From sequence record PP989839.1: a stretch of 64,000 nucleotides of DNA, one strand, 5' to 3'. Both the position numbers and the translations under genes were made by a program. Shown piece after piece: positions 49,351 to 59,632 of this stretch. How positions within the stretch are numbered: the first letter of the stretch is position 1; each line of letters opens with the position of its first letter. The notes below the pieces were generated by a model. It had not been told where the DNA came from. It ran no database searches and saw only the letters and a program-made list of their open reading frames with translations. The stretch is from Escherichia phage VTCCBPA_322.

Positions 49351-50661
49351 TTAGAAAGTTAGACCACCGTACTTACTGGCAAGATTGCCATAGAACACTA
49401 CACGCTTACGAGCACGAGACACAGCGACGTAAAGCAGACGGGCAACCATATCTGGTTGGCGACAGCTTGAGAGGTCATTTGCGTCAATAAAGATTGTGTC
49501 GTAAGTAGAGCCTTGCGATTTATGAACAGTACATGCGTGAGTAGCACGTAGGTCTGGAATGGTTTCTTTAAGACGGAAGTAAGGTTCCCAGTTCTTCTCT
49601 TTACCTAACCACTTAACTAAACGGTTGAAGTAGTCTGGGTCGGTAGGTACTGGAACTTCACTAACAATACCACCATAACCAAGGTCAAGAGTACTATCAC
49701 GGACTTCCAGTTCCAGGTCACCTGTAACTTTAACCATTCGAGTACTACTATCCTGGTCGATGAGTTTTACGTCTTGCTCGATAGACAGACGATCATCCAC
49801 ACCTAAGCGAACAGCAGAGTTAGATACCAGCTGCTCGCCGATGGAGTACTCACCTACGTAGCCATTAGCCTCACGAATGTAGTTATTGTAATTAATAACC
49901 TGGTCATTTGTGTAAGCAACAATACGGCTGTTGGTAGGTTGAGTGAAGTGACTGAGAACCAGTCTCTCCATCTCTTCTTCCTGTACCCAGTCAATAATGC
50001 CTGGAATACATTTAATAGGCAGGAAGCCTGTCTTACCTTCCACCGTGTCACGCAATTGCTGGTGCAATGCCTTAAGTTCCGGTGCGTCAGTACGCATCTG
50101 TTCAGTCAGATAGTGTGTTGGGATATTACCTGCGTATACCGGAGACTTATTCTCTTTAACGGGCAGAAGCTGGGAAGCATCTCCTACAAATACCAGTTTG
50201 CACTGGTGAGTACCTTCACGAGCATACTTAAGTAACTGACGGTCAATCATGGATGCTTCATCTACGAAGATGATTTTGTTCTTCTTAATATTGAATGACT
50301 TAGAAGGTACGACATTAGCCTCACCAGTCTTAAAATCATTTTTAACAATCAGTCCCTGGAAGGAATGATAGGTAGATGTTGGACGTCCGGTAGCCTGAGC
50401 CAGAACTTCAGCAGCTTTGTTCGTGGTCGCAGTCATAACAACCTCGTTATACAGAGGCTTGGTTCCCATAAGGGAGCAAGTTTCCATATATGCAGGCATA
50501 GTGTCATCAATGAGGTGCGACATCAGGAATGTCTTACCAGTTCCCCCAGGTCCACTAATATTGAATTCTGAGGCATTAGGGTCGAGCAGGAAGTCGAAGA
50601 ACTCCTTCGCAACCGCTTCTTGCCCCTTGTTCAGTGGGGCTTTGGTAGGTTTGGAAAACAT
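49351..50661 (-). CDS. SF1B DNA helicase (Dda/RecD-like)
   Basis: Walker A FNISGPGGTGKTFL; Walker B IFVDEASMI; late motif ATHACTVHKSQGSTYDTIFID. Confidence 0.85.
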   Translation of the reverse strand: MFSKPTKAPLNKGQEAVAKEFFDFLLDPNASEFNISGPGGTGKTFLMSHLIDDTMPAYMETCSLMGTKPLYNEVVMTATTNKAAEVLAQATGRPTSTYHSFQGLIVKNDFKTGEANVVPSKSFNIKKNKIIFVDEASMIDRQLLKYAREGTHQCKLVFVGDASQLLPVKENKSPVYAGNIPTHYLTEQMRTDAPELKALHQQLRDTVEGKTGFLPIKCIPGIIDWVQEEEMERLVLSHFTQPTNSRIVAYTNDQVINYNNYIREANGYVGEYSIGEQLVSNSAVRLGVDDRLSIEQDVKLIDQDSSTRMVKVTGDLELEVRDSTLDLGYGGIVSEVPVPTDPDYFNRLVKWLGKEKNWEPYFRLKETIPDLRATHACTVHKSQGSTYDTIFIDANDLSSCRQPDMVARLLYVAVSRARKRVVFYGNLASKYGGLTF

Positions 50662-50694
50662 TAAAATCTCCAGTAAAAAACCCTCCGTAGAGGG

Positions 50695-51162
50695 TTAGAT
50701 GTAAGGGGTTAAATCTGGGGGAGTGTAGTCTTTCCCCTTCATAACTTTCTTATTCTCATTGAAGACTGGTTCCCCATCTTCAAACTTAGAATAGTTAGAG
50801 CGATTGACTTCAGCCAATGCTCCAGGGACATTCATCCCAAGGAAAGTACCGACGCCAGTTGCTGTAACAATCTGGTCTGCCAGTGCATCCAGTAGTTCTT
50901 TACGGTCTTCTTCTTTAATGAAGAAGCTACCCTCTTCTTGCTTAAGCAAGTTGGATACAAATCGTAAGTGTTTACGTGCATCATCTAACTTGTTTTTATA
51001 GCCAGGATACTTAGTCTGGAGCACATCTAGCATCTCCACTACTTCTTCCAGATGACAACCAATCTGGGTACTAATGTTCTTACTCGTCGGATTTGGTACT
51101 GCTTTCCGGAACCAGGCTTCCGTATTTGCCAGCGTACAAACGGATGAACTTGTCATACTCAC
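50695..51162 (-). CDS. putative MazG-like nucleotide pyrophosphohydrolase
   Basis: 155 aa; HLEEVVEMLD and ELLDALADQIV resemble the acidic EExxE/D metal-binding helices of MazG/HisE-like enzymes; the ORF as listed overlaps the upstream gene by 83 nt, so the true start is probably internal. Confidence 0.4.
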   Translation of the reverse strand: MSMTSSSVCTLANTEAWFRKAVPNPTSKNISTQIGCHLEEVVEMLDVLQTKYPGYKNKLDDARKHLRFVSNLLKQEEGSFFIKEEDRKELLDALADQIVTATGVGTFLGMNVPGALAEVNRSNYSKFEDGEPVFNENKKVMKGKDYTPPDLTPYI

Positions 51163-51475
51163 TCTCTTGGTTAAGGTGGCGATTATTATATGCCTCCAGA
51201 ATCAAGTCCCTTACATATGAGCGAATTTCATAAGCAGGACCAACTTGTTCTGACAGCCAATCTGCCACATGGGTTGGTAAAGGACGTAATACGTTTTCCA
51301 TGAACGTGCGACGTGTGTCGGCTGGTTCAATGTTTAAAGAACGCAATCGCAAAGTAACCGTAGTGGGGTGAACCCCCAACGTCTTAGCGATAGTTGCGAG
51401 GGACAGACCAACAGCATTCATACGAATGATGTCTTCATCAGTTGCTTTGCGATTACTTCTGAATACTTTACTCAT
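51080..51475 (-). CDS. helix-turn-helix DNA-binding protein
   Basis: ATG 51475 (MSKVFRSNRK...) after GAGGAGG SD; HTH-like LSLATIAKTLGVHPTTVTLRL. Confidence 0.45.
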   Translation of the reverse strand: MSKVFRSNRKATDEDIIRMNAVGLSLATIAKTLGVHPTTVTLRLRSLNIEPADTRRTFMENVLRPLPTHVADWLSEQVGPAYEIRSYVRDLILEAYNNRHLNQESEYDKFIRLYAGKYGSLVPESSTKSDE

Positions 51476-51490
51476 AGTACAATTCCTCCT

Positions 51491-51522
51491 CAAAATTACC
51501 CTCACTTTATTACAAGTGAGGG
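51491..51522 (-). terminator. hairpin CCCTCACTT-TATTAC-AAGTGAGGG with T-rich flank on - strand
   Basis: 9-bp stem 51499-51507/51514-51522 between the rIIB-like stop (51538) and the HTH gene SD; - strand flank TAATTTTGAGG. Confidence 0.45.
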
Positions 51523-51537
51523 CATTTGAACAGGCTA

Positions 51538-53589
51538 TTACTTAACTGCTTTGACTAGCTTGGTAGCTAATTTAGCTTCTTCTTCAGTCAGACCCATTGC
51601 AGTGAATGACTTCTTAGCATGACGCTTATAGTCTTGCAGGGCATGACCCTTCTGATAGTCAGAGTATGACGTATCGTTCAGGATGCTACGCAGATTATCA
51701 GCGTGTTTACCAGAAGGAGCTACTTTAGTAGCAGCAGCAGAACGGTGAGCCTTAGCTTGCTTCACTGGTTTAGGTTTACCGATTGGTTTAGCTGTGTAAG
51801 TTGTACGTACATCAGCAATCTTAGCCACCACATCGCTACCTACGCCCAAAGCAGCCCATGGCTTACGAGCCTTGCCTCGCATTTCCACAAGCAAATCAGC
51901 AGCAGCTAACTTATCTTCTGGGGTTGTTGCATTAAGTAACTCTTTAACCAGTTCCTGGATTTGTTCTTTCACAGTAGGAGCCTTCTTAATAACAGGTTTG
52001 AGGTCAGTAGCTTTCACTGGTTCAGCAGCTACAGCTTCATTTAGTGACTCTTCCATATTCAGTGCTTCCTTACTAGCAACTGTACGGAATTGTTCTACAG
52101 AACCAGATGTGAGATTAGTGTATTTGAGGTTAGTACCACGATGCCCACCAACCATAACAAGTGTGGTAGGGGAACTGTGGTTCCCAACGATGGCATCATT
52201 AAGCAACTTCTTGCCCACTTCCGTCTTAGACAGATAGATACCATTGTTAACGTTGCAACGTTCCTCTTCCGGCAGTTCAGCAATAATGTGATATGCAGAT
52301 ACACGCATCTTATTAGTGTTGTACTGAGGAACAGCAAATACATCTTCTGGTGCTACTTTACCAAGGATAGTTACGTTACCACCGAAGCTACGAATGTAGC
52401 TCATGGATGCTACGTGTAGGCCATTAGAACAGTCCTGACGACGGTCAGGGTCTACCAGGTCTTCACGTACCTGCACTTTACAGCCTACCCATTGACGAAT
52501 GTTGCCTGAGTGACAGTCAACGAATACACGTTTACCATCTTCTTTCTCTTTATACTGAAGACGTTTCAGGAACAAGATAGAACCATCATCAGCAATAGGC
52601 AGTTCAGCAGTTTCCATGAACTTCATCAGGTCTTCTACTGAGTGCAGACGGTCTTTAATAACCGGAGCCAGACGCTCAAGGAACTTAGTAAAGCCCTTGT
52701 AGTCTTTCAGCTTGGCAGACTGACGCAAGTGACGTTGTAGGTTCTCAACTCCAGGGATAACCCCATTGTTGGTAACAGCAACAACCACTTCATCTTCCTT
52801 CACATCAGTGTGGAAGTTAGCGTCATCAGTACTAATGGCACCTAATGCAGCTAACTTCTCAGAAGCAGCAGCCAGCTTATCCTGGTTCGAAGTTTTAGTT
52901 ACTTCAATGTAAGGCAGTGGTGTCTGTTCACGGTTGGTAAATACAACATGTACGCCTTTTATGTGCTTAGCTTGTTTAGCAAACTCACCCATTTCATCAT
53001 CAGATACTGCACGAATTGCAACAGGCCATTCTTGTCTGAGCATGGTGTTGGTATGTTCATACCCCCAACCCATTACGTCGTTAATAAAGCGAACCAGTGC
53101 AGGATGGTTATGGTCTTTGTCCCAACCAGTAACCCACATCAGATTGTCACGCTTGTCATAACAACCATCTGATACTGTTACTTCTGGTTCATTAGCCTGT
53201 ACAGCCAGGAAGGTATCCATAGCTTTAGATACTAATGTCTTAGTGGGATTGCCCAGCTTAATATCAGCAACGTTACGGGCTGGTGGAACATCAGTATCAT
53301 CATGGAAGAACTCTTTAAGCTTAGCTTTAGCTACCTTGAAGAAACGAACGAATCCGTTAGTGTTCTTCTCTGCTTCCAGATACTCAGTACGTAGTGATAC
53401 CTCTGGTGCAATGTTTACTTCTATCAGGTCTTTGGTAATTCCCAGACCTTTGGTTTGTGCTTCAGATACAATACGAGCAACCCGTGGGTCGCTCTGAGGA
53501 TACACAATTGTGGAGCCATCTGGCTTCCACAATGTTAGGTTTCGACTGTCAACTGCCAGTGCGATGATAGAAATCAGTTCGATTTTCAT
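51538..53589 (-). CDS. rIIB-like protein
   Basis: 683 aa directly downstream of the rIIA-like gene, as in T4/N4 gene order; positional assignment. Confidence 0.45.
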   Translation of the reverse strand: MKIELISIIALAVDSRNLTLWKPDGSTIVYPQSDPRVARIVSEAQTKGLGITKDLIEVNIAPEVSLRTEYLEAEKNTNGFVRFFKVAKAKLKEFFHDDTDVPPARNVADIKLGNPTKTLVSKAMDTFLAVQANEPEVTVSDGCYDKRDNLMWVTGWDKDHNHPALVRFINDVMGWGYEHTNTMLRQEWPVAIRAVSDDEMGEFAKQAKHIKGVHVVFTNREQTPLPYIEVTKTSNQDKLAAASEKLAALGAISTDDANFHTDVKEDEVVVAVTNNGVIPGVENLQRHLRQSAKLKDYKGFTKFLERLAPVIKDRLHSVEDLMKFMETAELPIADDGSILFLKRLQYKEKEDGKRVFVDCHSGNIRQWVGCKVQVREDLVDPDRRQDCSNGLHVASMSYIRSFGGNVTILGKVAPEDVFAVPQYNTNKMRVSAYHIIAELPEEERCNVNNGIYLSKTEVGKKLLNDAIVGNHSSPTTLVMVGGHRGTNLKYTNLTSGSVEQFRTVASKEALNMEESLNEAVAAEPVKATDLKPVIKKAPTVKEQIQELVKELLNATTPEDKLAAADLLVEMRGKARKPWAALGVGSDVVAKIADVRTTYTAKPIGKPKPVKQAKAHRSAAATKVAPSGKHADNLRSILNDTSYSDYQKGHALQDYKRHAKKSFTAMGLTEEEAKLATKLVKAVK

Positions 53590-53593
53590 CAGA

Positions 53594-56158
53594 TTAGTTA
53601 CCTTTCAGTTTATTTAGACGATTACGGTAGAGGGATTTAAACCCAGGAATATCCTCTGGATTCCTCTTGAGATGTTTAACTAAACTATCTAAGTCCAGAT
53701 TTTGAAGGATGTCACTATCACTCCAGCTATAATGGAATAATCCTTTGTACTGATTAAGTATTTCAAAGTATTTATGATTACGTGGGCTGGTCATTTGTAT
53801 GTAAGGTAATAAGTCTTCCCTTGACTTAATGTAACCCATTTCAATGAGCTTCTCCTCTTTACTCCGATGATTTCTTAGGAAATCATACGCCCATTCATAC
53901 TCTGGTTTAAAAATCAGATTCTGTAATGGTTTGAATGTTAGACCCAGTATGTCGAGGATTTCCCAGTATTCCCTGTCATCTAATCCTACATATTCCAGAA
54001 TACCAATACGGTGTTCAGTGACATACTTCTTAAATCCCTTACTGGTAATGACAGGCATCAGTTCCTTAAAACGAACATCGTCAATGTGAATAGCACCACG
54101 TCGTTTAGCCTTGTTAGCTTCTATTTGATTACGGCAGACAACAGTCTCTGCCTTCATCTCATCAGATAACTCATACCATTTCCACATGGTTCCAATCCGG
54201 GCAATTACTGGACTACCAGAAGCAACCTGATTGGCTAGTACGTAGTACTTAGGTTGTTCCACTTCAACAAAACCATATTTCTCATGGCGGCTTGGGTCAG
54301 CAAACTCCTTCTGGATGTATGGTTTATATACCCAATCACCACTTTTATCTCGTACAGGAGTAGTACCAAGAACTGCATTCAATGAAACCAATGCATTAGT
54401 TTTACCAGTTGCTTTGGTTTTATTGGCAGCTATTGTCTTAGCCCGTCTTTCAGCAGCTATCTTAGCTTGCTCTCTGCGATAGTTAGTTGGTTTGTCCCAC
54501 TCATTATATTGAGTGAGGTCAATTACCCGATAACCCATAGCAGTGAACTTAGCTACAGCTTCCTCTGCTGCACCCTTCTTAGGACCAACGACGTGAACAA
54601 AAGCTGTACGCTCCAGGTCATCTCGGTTGTACTCTGGGAAATATGAGAAAGAGTCCGCACAATCAGATAAACGTCGAGTAACTACAACGTTCTTGGTAGT
54701 GAAAATACCAATACCCAAATGGCAGTTATAGCCCATCTTAAAGTAATCAGTAAGTTTACCTTTCACCAGATCAACACGGTTACCCTGGTTCATTATGTAA
54801 CCAGACCATTTAACACCAGTTGCTTTTAAAGCAGCAAGCTGAGGTAAATGTAGATGGCGATATACCAATTCCTGGAATGGATAGCTTGTACCATCTGCAC
54901 GAGTATCTTTAAGAGCACTCATAGCCTTACTATACAGTTTCTTAAGACCTGCATATTCAGGACGAGCTAGTAGTGCTTTATTAGATAAGTTACGCCAATG
55001 CTTGATGTGATGTTTGCGTTGTTTAGCCCATAAGCTAGAGGACATATAGCGTTGAACAGTTCTGTCTGTAACTGCAAGTAAGAAAGATGGATATTCCCAA
55101 TAACGGGTAGATGATTTAGAGGCGTATTCTTCAATCTGCTTAATAGCTTCAGGAATTTTAGCCTTAATCTCCTTCTCCATACGGTCTACTAAATCTACAC
55201 ATAGAGTAGTAATACCATCGTCGGTTAACTTCTGGTTAGACAGTGTTTCTCGACTAGGAGCAATAGCTAGAGTATCCGGTGCAGCCTGAACTACTAAATT
55301 GTCAGCACCAATAATGTTCATAAAGTTGAGAATAAGACCTACAGCCTCTTCACTAGCAGGGCTGGATACTATTGGGTACATTACATTACCGTAACGAACA
55401 AATAGATTACTGTTACCCATATAGCCTTGATACCAGCTATCAGACATATTATAGGAACCAGGTTCAAATGACATGCCTAGTGTATTCAGTAAAGTGTAGT
55501 CGCCCTGCTGAATACTATTACCTTCTTCTGTTTTAACGAGTTTAGGGATACTAAGTTCAGCTTTAATTTCACCGTTAAATACAATAGATGTAATGTAATG
55601 CACAAAGGTATTTAAATCATGCTTGCCTAACTGGAATTTAACTTCCAGGCCAGATTCCTCAGTAGGAATGTTAGTAACGATAGGAACAATTCCGGGTTTA
55701 CCGTCATTCTCAATCGCAGCTTTAGCTACGTTATATACAGACATCTTTCCCTGGTTCCATGAAGTAACCTGAAAGCTATCTGTATAAGCGAACGGGGATT
55801 TACATCCCAGACCAAAGCCACCAGTAACACTACTGTTGGCTTTCTTAGTAGATGCACCATAGACACCATAAATGGAACCAATGAGTTCATCAGGGATACC
55901 ATTACCGTAGTCACGGAATGTAATAAAGTTGTCTGTATCAATAGTGATACGAATAGGAGTATCAGTCTTACCTGCTTCAATATGAGCATCCCAACTGTTA
56001 CAGATAGTCTCACGAACTACTGCTAAAGTAGGATTGTTATATAAGGAAGTACTTAATACATGAAAGAATGCCGGGTCATCAGAGATGCCAAAGGCAATTG
56101 TTTCTTTGCCACCCAGTGTCGCTGAGGTAGCTACTTCATTGGTATCTGCAACTAACAT
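53594..56158 (-). CDS. rIIA-like protein (N-terminal GHKL/HATPase-like segment)
   Basis: 854 aa; N-terminal AVVRETICNSWDAHIEAG resembles the GHKL ATPase N-box; followed by rIIB-like gene. Confidence 0.6.
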   Translation of the reverse strand: MLVADTNEVATSATLGGKETIAFGISDDPAFFHVLSTSLYNNPTLAVVRETICNSWDAHIEAGKTDTPIRITIDTDNFITFRDYGNGIPDELIGSIYGVYGASTKKANSSVTGGFGLGCKSPFAYTDSFQVTSWNQGKMSVYNVAKAAIENDGKPGIVPIVTNIPTEESGLEVKFQLGKHDLNTFVHYITSIVFNGEIKAELSIPKLVKTEEGNSIQQGDYTLLNTLGMSFEPGSYNMSDSWYQGYMGNSNLFVRYGNVMYPIVSSPASEEAVGLILNFMNIIGADNLVVQAAPDTLAIAPSRETLSNQKLTDDGITTLCVDLVDRMEKEIKAKIPEAIKQIEEYASKSSTRYWEYPSFLLAVTDRTVQRYMSSSLWAKQRKHHIKHWRNLSNKALLARPEYAGLKKLYSKAMSALKDTRADGTSYPFQELVYRHLHLPQLAALKATGVKWSGYIMNQGNRVDLVKGKLTDYFKMGYNCHLGIGIFTTKNVVVTRRLSDCADSFSYFPEYNRDDLERTAFVHVVGPKKGAAEEAVAKFTAMGYRVIDLTQYNEWDKPTNYRREQAKIAAERRAKTIAANKTKATGKTNALVSLNAVLGTTPVRDKSGDWVYKPYIQKEFADPSRHEKYGFVEVEQPKYYVLANQVASGSPVIARIGTMWKWYELSDEMKAETVVCRNQIEANKAKRRGAIHIDDVRFKELMPVITSKGFKKYVTEHRIGILEYVGLDDREYWEILDILGLTFKPLQNLIFKPEYEWAYDFLRNHRSKEEKLIEMGYIKSREDLLPYIQMTSPRNHKYFEILNQYKGLFHYSWSDSDILQNLDLDSLVKHLKRNPEDIPGFKSLYRNRLNKLKGN

Positions 56159-56201
56159 TTATTTACTCTCCAGATTAAATGTTGCTTCCTGGTTATGACT
56201 A

Positions 56202-56426
56202 TTAAGAATTTAATGCTGATTTACAGGCTTCAAAGATTTCTTTACGCAATTCCCGTTCTTTTTCTGGTTCTTCATGAGGATTGTAACCAAAAGGACTGTT
56301 TTGCATAAAACTAGCTAGAATTAGTAAATCTTCTTTAGATAGACCATCAATAGTGATGGAGTATTGGTTTTTGCTTTTTACTGTAGCGTTAGCCATTTCG
56401 TTTCTCCGCCATTGCTTGTAGTACAA
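56202..56426 (-). CDS. small hypothetical protein
   Basis: 74 aa ORF in a run of short overlapping genes. Confidence 0.35.
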   Translation of the reverse strand: MYYKQWRRNEMANATVKSKNQYSITIDGLSKEDLLILASFMQNSPFGYNPHEEPEKERELRKEIFEACKSALNS

Positions 56427-56703
56427 ATACTACAGTGTCTGAAATCTGGTCATCAGTAGGCTCAACTAATTGACCATCCTTGTCATACATTTCTTTCAGA
56501 AGTGCATTAAGTTCAGCCATACCAGCCAATACCATTTCTTTGCTTGGCTCCAACCATAACTTACGTTCCTCTGCTAGTGCAGCAATGCACATACACAGAG
56601 AGGCAATGTTTGCAGGACATGCAAGAATATCTCCAGTAAGAGCTACTTCACTTAGGGGTACTGCTTTGCCTGTTTCAGACAAAATTACTTCAGGATTAAT
56701 CAT
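56389..56703 (-). CDS. small hypothetical protein
   Basis: ATG 56703 (MINPEVILSETGK...) 2 nt after the upstream stop; 104 aa. Confidence 0.4.
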   Translation of the reverse strand: MINPEVILSETGKAVPLSEVALTGDILACPANIASLCMCIAALAEERKLWLEPSKEMVLAGMAELNALLKEMYDKDGQLVEPTDDQISDTVVFVLQAMAEKRNG

Positions 56704-56938
56704 GTATTTGCTCCAGGTTATGGGCAGGAATAGGGAAGCATGGATAGTCACCAGTAGGGTCCAGTGTCACTGATACATGTAGTGTATTTGTCATTTGGGT
56801 TAACATAAGAGCAGCATTGAAATCATCCTGAATACAGGCATATACAATGTCACCCTTCTCACCTTCACACATTAGTGGGGTGTCTTTAATGCGGTATTTA
56901 GCAGGCATATGTCCTCCTAAAAGAGTTAATAGAATCAA
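56696..56938 (-). CDS. small hypothetical protein
   Basis: 80 aa; Cys-containing (CEGEKGDIVYAC). Confidence 0.35.
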   Translation of the reverse strand: MILLTLLGGHMPAKYRIKDTPLMCEGEKGDIVYACIQDDFNAALMLTQMTNTLHVSVTLDPTGDYPCFPIPAHNLEQIHD

Positions 56939-56967
56939 AAAAAGACCTCCCGGAGGAGGTCTTAGGT

Positions 56968-57204
56968 TTACTTACTATTTTCTTCAATGAAACGTCTCAT
57001 ACGCTCCTTTGCTTCATCATGCTCCTTAATGGCTACATAGTCTCGTGCATAATAATATGCACACCATAAGCCAAGAACGCATGCAGAGAAGCGAGCCACT
57101 ACGAAGAACATTTCCTCCAGGCTTTGAGCATTGTGCAATGAAAATACAAATTCCAGAACCAGGATGATACTTATAATCATTGCTTGTATAGCTAGTCGTC
57201 TCAT
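56968..57204 (-). CDS. small membrane protein (two predicted TM helices)
   Basis: 78 aa; AIQAMIISIILVLEFVF and FSACVLGLWCAYYYA; overlaps thyX stop. Confidence 0.4.
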   Translation of the reverse strand: MRRLAIQAMIISIILVLEFVFSLHNAQSLEEMFFVVARFSACVLGLWCAYYYARDYVAIKEHDEAKERMRRFIEENSK

Positions 57205-58145
57205 TCAGTAATAGTCTCACCGGGGATTAACTTACGGAATTGGATAAAGTGAAGTAGGTTACCTGAGTACAGATTCCCTTCTTTATCCATGGATGTAACA
57301 CCTTGTTCCCATGTAGCCGGGTTCATGTTATTCACACACTTTTCACCAAGATTCATAGGTGTAGCCTGATGTTCAGTAGGTGAAGCATGAATAGGCTGTT
57401 TCTCTACCAACTTAGCAAACAGGTCAAGGTCATCGCTGATAGTGGATGGCTTACCTTCGAAGTTGTTATAAGAAGCACGGGCACAACGAGCAGCAGAGAC
57501 TTTAAGCAGCAAGCCTAAAATTTCTTCATTACTTGGTTCATCACGAGTAATTCGCTGATATTTGCAATGATTGTAAGCATTAGCACAATCAACACTGCGA
57601 ATATAAGGCAGATGCCAGTCACCTTTCTTGAGCTTTTGCGGAACAGATTCTTCATGAGCCTTCTTCATGGCCTGGGCCAGTAAACGAATTTCTGGTTGGG
57701 CATCCTCATGGTCACGTAAGCCATAAAAGTTAGCCCAACTTGTTGAAGTTACCACGACACGGATATGTGTGAATGGTTCCAAGATACGGTTAACAATCTG
57801 CTTATGTACTTGCCCACGTCGTAACTGTTCAGCATACACAGCAGCAGCAGATGCAGCGTTATCCCAGATAAACTTAGCATCCTCAATTTCCATAGGAGTG
57901 AGTTCTTCTTCTGCTTGCATACCCTTCTGGTTCTTGCCCCAGTGACTGGGCATCACTGGTTCATTACGAACTTGTTCGATGAACTTAGCTGTTGGAATAG
58001 CACGACTGCTTGAAGCATTACGGTTAAATACACGGTGGGTCATAAACTCACTGTGGATGAATCGGGGATAAACCAATTCAAAGGTAGTAATACGAGTTCC
58101 TGTTTCTGGGTGAACGGAATCTGCAATGACAGTTGCCTTAATCAT
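57201..58145 (-). CDS. thyX: FAD-dependent thymidylate synthase ThyX
   Basis: 314 aa; MTHRVFNRNASSSRAIP fits the ThyX signature (R/T)HR-x7-S-x-R. Confidence 0.7.
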   Translation of the reverse strand: MIKATVIADSVHPETGTRITTFELVYPRFIHSEFMTHRVFNRNASSSRAIPTAKFIEQVRNEPVMPSHWGKNQKGMQAEEELTPMEIEDAKFIWDNAASAAAVYAEQLRRGQVHKQIVNRILEPFTHIRVVVTSTSWANFYGLRDHEDAQPEIRLLAQAMKKAHEESVPQKLKKGDWHLPYIRSVDCANAYNHCKYQRITRDEPSNEEILGLLLKVSAARCARASYNNFEGKPSTISDDLDLFAKLVEKQPIHASPTEHQATPMNLGEKCVNNMNPATWEQGVTSMDKEGNLYSGNLLHFIQFRKLIPGETITE

Positions 58146-58588
58146 TAGAATGACCTTAGATAGTTGGTAATACCACTACGGTTTTCTGTAATTTTCTTAA
58201 CCTGAACGTATACCAGTTTAAACTCACTACGAGGTAGTTCCTGTAATACTGCTATACCTTCAGTAAGAGCCACAGAACACGCTACAGCGGTTTCTTTTTT
58301 AAAGGAGTACAAGTCTTCGTACATGATGGCTTCATACTCCCTGCGGAGCATACAGAGAGCATCTCTTGCCTTATCACTTACTTCTTGTGAACCAGCAGAC
58401 ATAGCTAAACTGTATATGATAAAGACTTGTTCAAAAACAAAGTCCAATAATCTATCAGGATTGTTAGTCCCCATGAATAATTTTGTTGTGTAGGAACGAG
58501 CTTTACGGTTGAGTTCGTACTCATTCTCTATACCTTTATTATAAAGAACCGGATTTCGTTCCCTTTTCCGTAGGAATGGGATACGCAT
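58145..58588 (-). CDS. hypothetical protein
   Basis: 147 aa; ATGA-type coupling with downstream thyX. Confidence 0.4.
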   Translation of the reverse strand: MRIPFLRKRERNPVLYNKGIENEYELNRKARSYTTKLFMGTNNPDRLLDFVFEQVFIIYSLAMSAGSQEVSDKARDALCMLRREYEAIMYEDLYSFKKETAVACSVALTEGIAVLQELPRSEFKLVYVQVKKITENRSGITNYLRSF

Positions 58589-58968
58589 TAGTATTTACTA
58601 CCTCTTCTATACCAAGGGTAATGATGGGTAGTACTTTTACCTTTGAATACATCCTTAGTACGTGGATTCTTTTGTATTTGAGCCAGGTAAAGATGCATAT
58701 CATCTCCACACGGGCTAAGCCAGAACTTATCTATGATTCGGTCTACCTTAGATTTCAGATGAGGTTCCGGAGGAATGTATGAAGGGAAAGGTCTGCTAAT
58801 AGTCCATCCTTTCTGAACAAGAGCCTGCATTGTCGTGTAAAGATCTAATGCAATATCATTATCTACTTGATCATGGATAGTTTTACCTAAAGTAAGCATT
58901 GCAGTTTGTTCCAGCTTACCGAAGTCCAGTCCTTGCAGGATAGACTTACCATTTCGTCTGTTTGACAT
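58588..58968 (-). CDS. hypothetical protein
   Basis: ATG 58968 (MSNRRNGKSILQGL...) with AGGT SD; the track N-terminus (to 59070) runs through a terminator and is probably untranslated. Confidence 0.4.
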   Translation of the reverse strand: MSNRRNGKSILQGLDFGKLEQTAMLTLGKTIHDQVDNDIALDLYTTMQALVQKGWTISRPFPSYIPPEPHLKSKVDRIIDKFWLSPCGDDMHLYLAQIQKNPRTKDVFKGKSTTHHYPWYRRGSKY

Positions 58969-58980
58969 AAGAGTACCTGT

Positions 58981-59010
58981 AAATAAAAAAGCCCACGGGT
59001 TAAGTGGGCT
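58981..59010 (-). terminator. rho-independent terminator on - strand (AGCCCAC-GGGTTAA-GTGGGCT then TTTTTTATTT)
   Basis: 7-bp stem 58990-58996/59004-59010; U-run in - orientation; between the Imm-like gene and the next gene. Confidence 0.6.
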
Positions 59011-59085
59011 TGGGTTAGGAGATGGATAAGCAATGAGCTGGAAGTAACTTCCACAAGCACCACTATGCAATGATGCTTAGGTTAG

Positions 59086-59364
59086 TTACTCTGCTTTACT
59101 ACCACCATTGGTTTGAACAACAGTTACGTTTGTAACTTGGTTCTGACCTTTGTTGGACAGTGACCAAATCAGTGCTACTACCCAGAAGACTAAAGACCAG
59201 CCTAATACAATATTGAGCACACCAATACCCCACTTGGAGGCATGGCCTCGTGCAAAAGCAATGATAGTAGGGATAAGGTATACAGCTAGTATGAATAAGA
59301 AAACAAGGATTGCTGCTAAAGATTCCATGATGGTTCCTATGTGAGGTTGAGTTAGTTTCTTCAC
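59086..59364 (-). CDS. superinfection immunity (Imm-like) membrane protein
   Basis: 92 aa, two TM helices; YLIPTIIAFARGHASKWGIGVLNIVLGWSLVFWVVALIWSL closely follows the Imm-type pattern (P-[ST]-I-I-A-F-A-R ... GW ... W-V-[VI]-A-L-I-W). Confidence 0.6.
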   Translation of the reverse strand: MKKLTQPHIGTIMESLAAILVFLFILAVYLIPTIIAFARGHASKWGIGVLNIVLGWSLVFWVVALIWSLSNKGQNQVTNVTVVQTNGGSKAE

Positions 59365-59401
59365 AAATAGCCCAACTATGCTGGGCTATTTAGGCAGCTA
59401 C

Positions 59402-59602
59402 TTACTCTGCGTCAGAGACAGCAGTCAAAGCTTTACGGATGTAACCACGCACAGAACGGTAACTTTCTTTTACAGATACTGTTCGCCCATCAATCAGATG
59501 AATTACAGCACCGACTGATGTCTCATCTACGTCTACTACGTTAGTTGCAACAATAGTTTTACGCACGGTACTTCCAACAGGAGTTACTTGAAATACTGAC
59601 AT
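59402..59602 (-). CDS. small hypothetical protein
   Basis: 66 aa. Confidence 0.35.
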   Translation of the reverse strand: MSVFQVTPVGSTVRKTIVATNVVDVDETSVGAVIHLIDGRTVSVKESYRSVRGYIRKALTAVSDAE

Positions 59603-59632
59603 GTTGTTTCCTTAATTAAGCTGGATAGCCTT

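Noticed and set aside
58969-59070. N-terminal 34 codons of the track ORF 58588-59070
   Set aside because: They span a strong - strand terminator hairpin; the in-frame ATG at 58968 with an SD lies just downstream of it.
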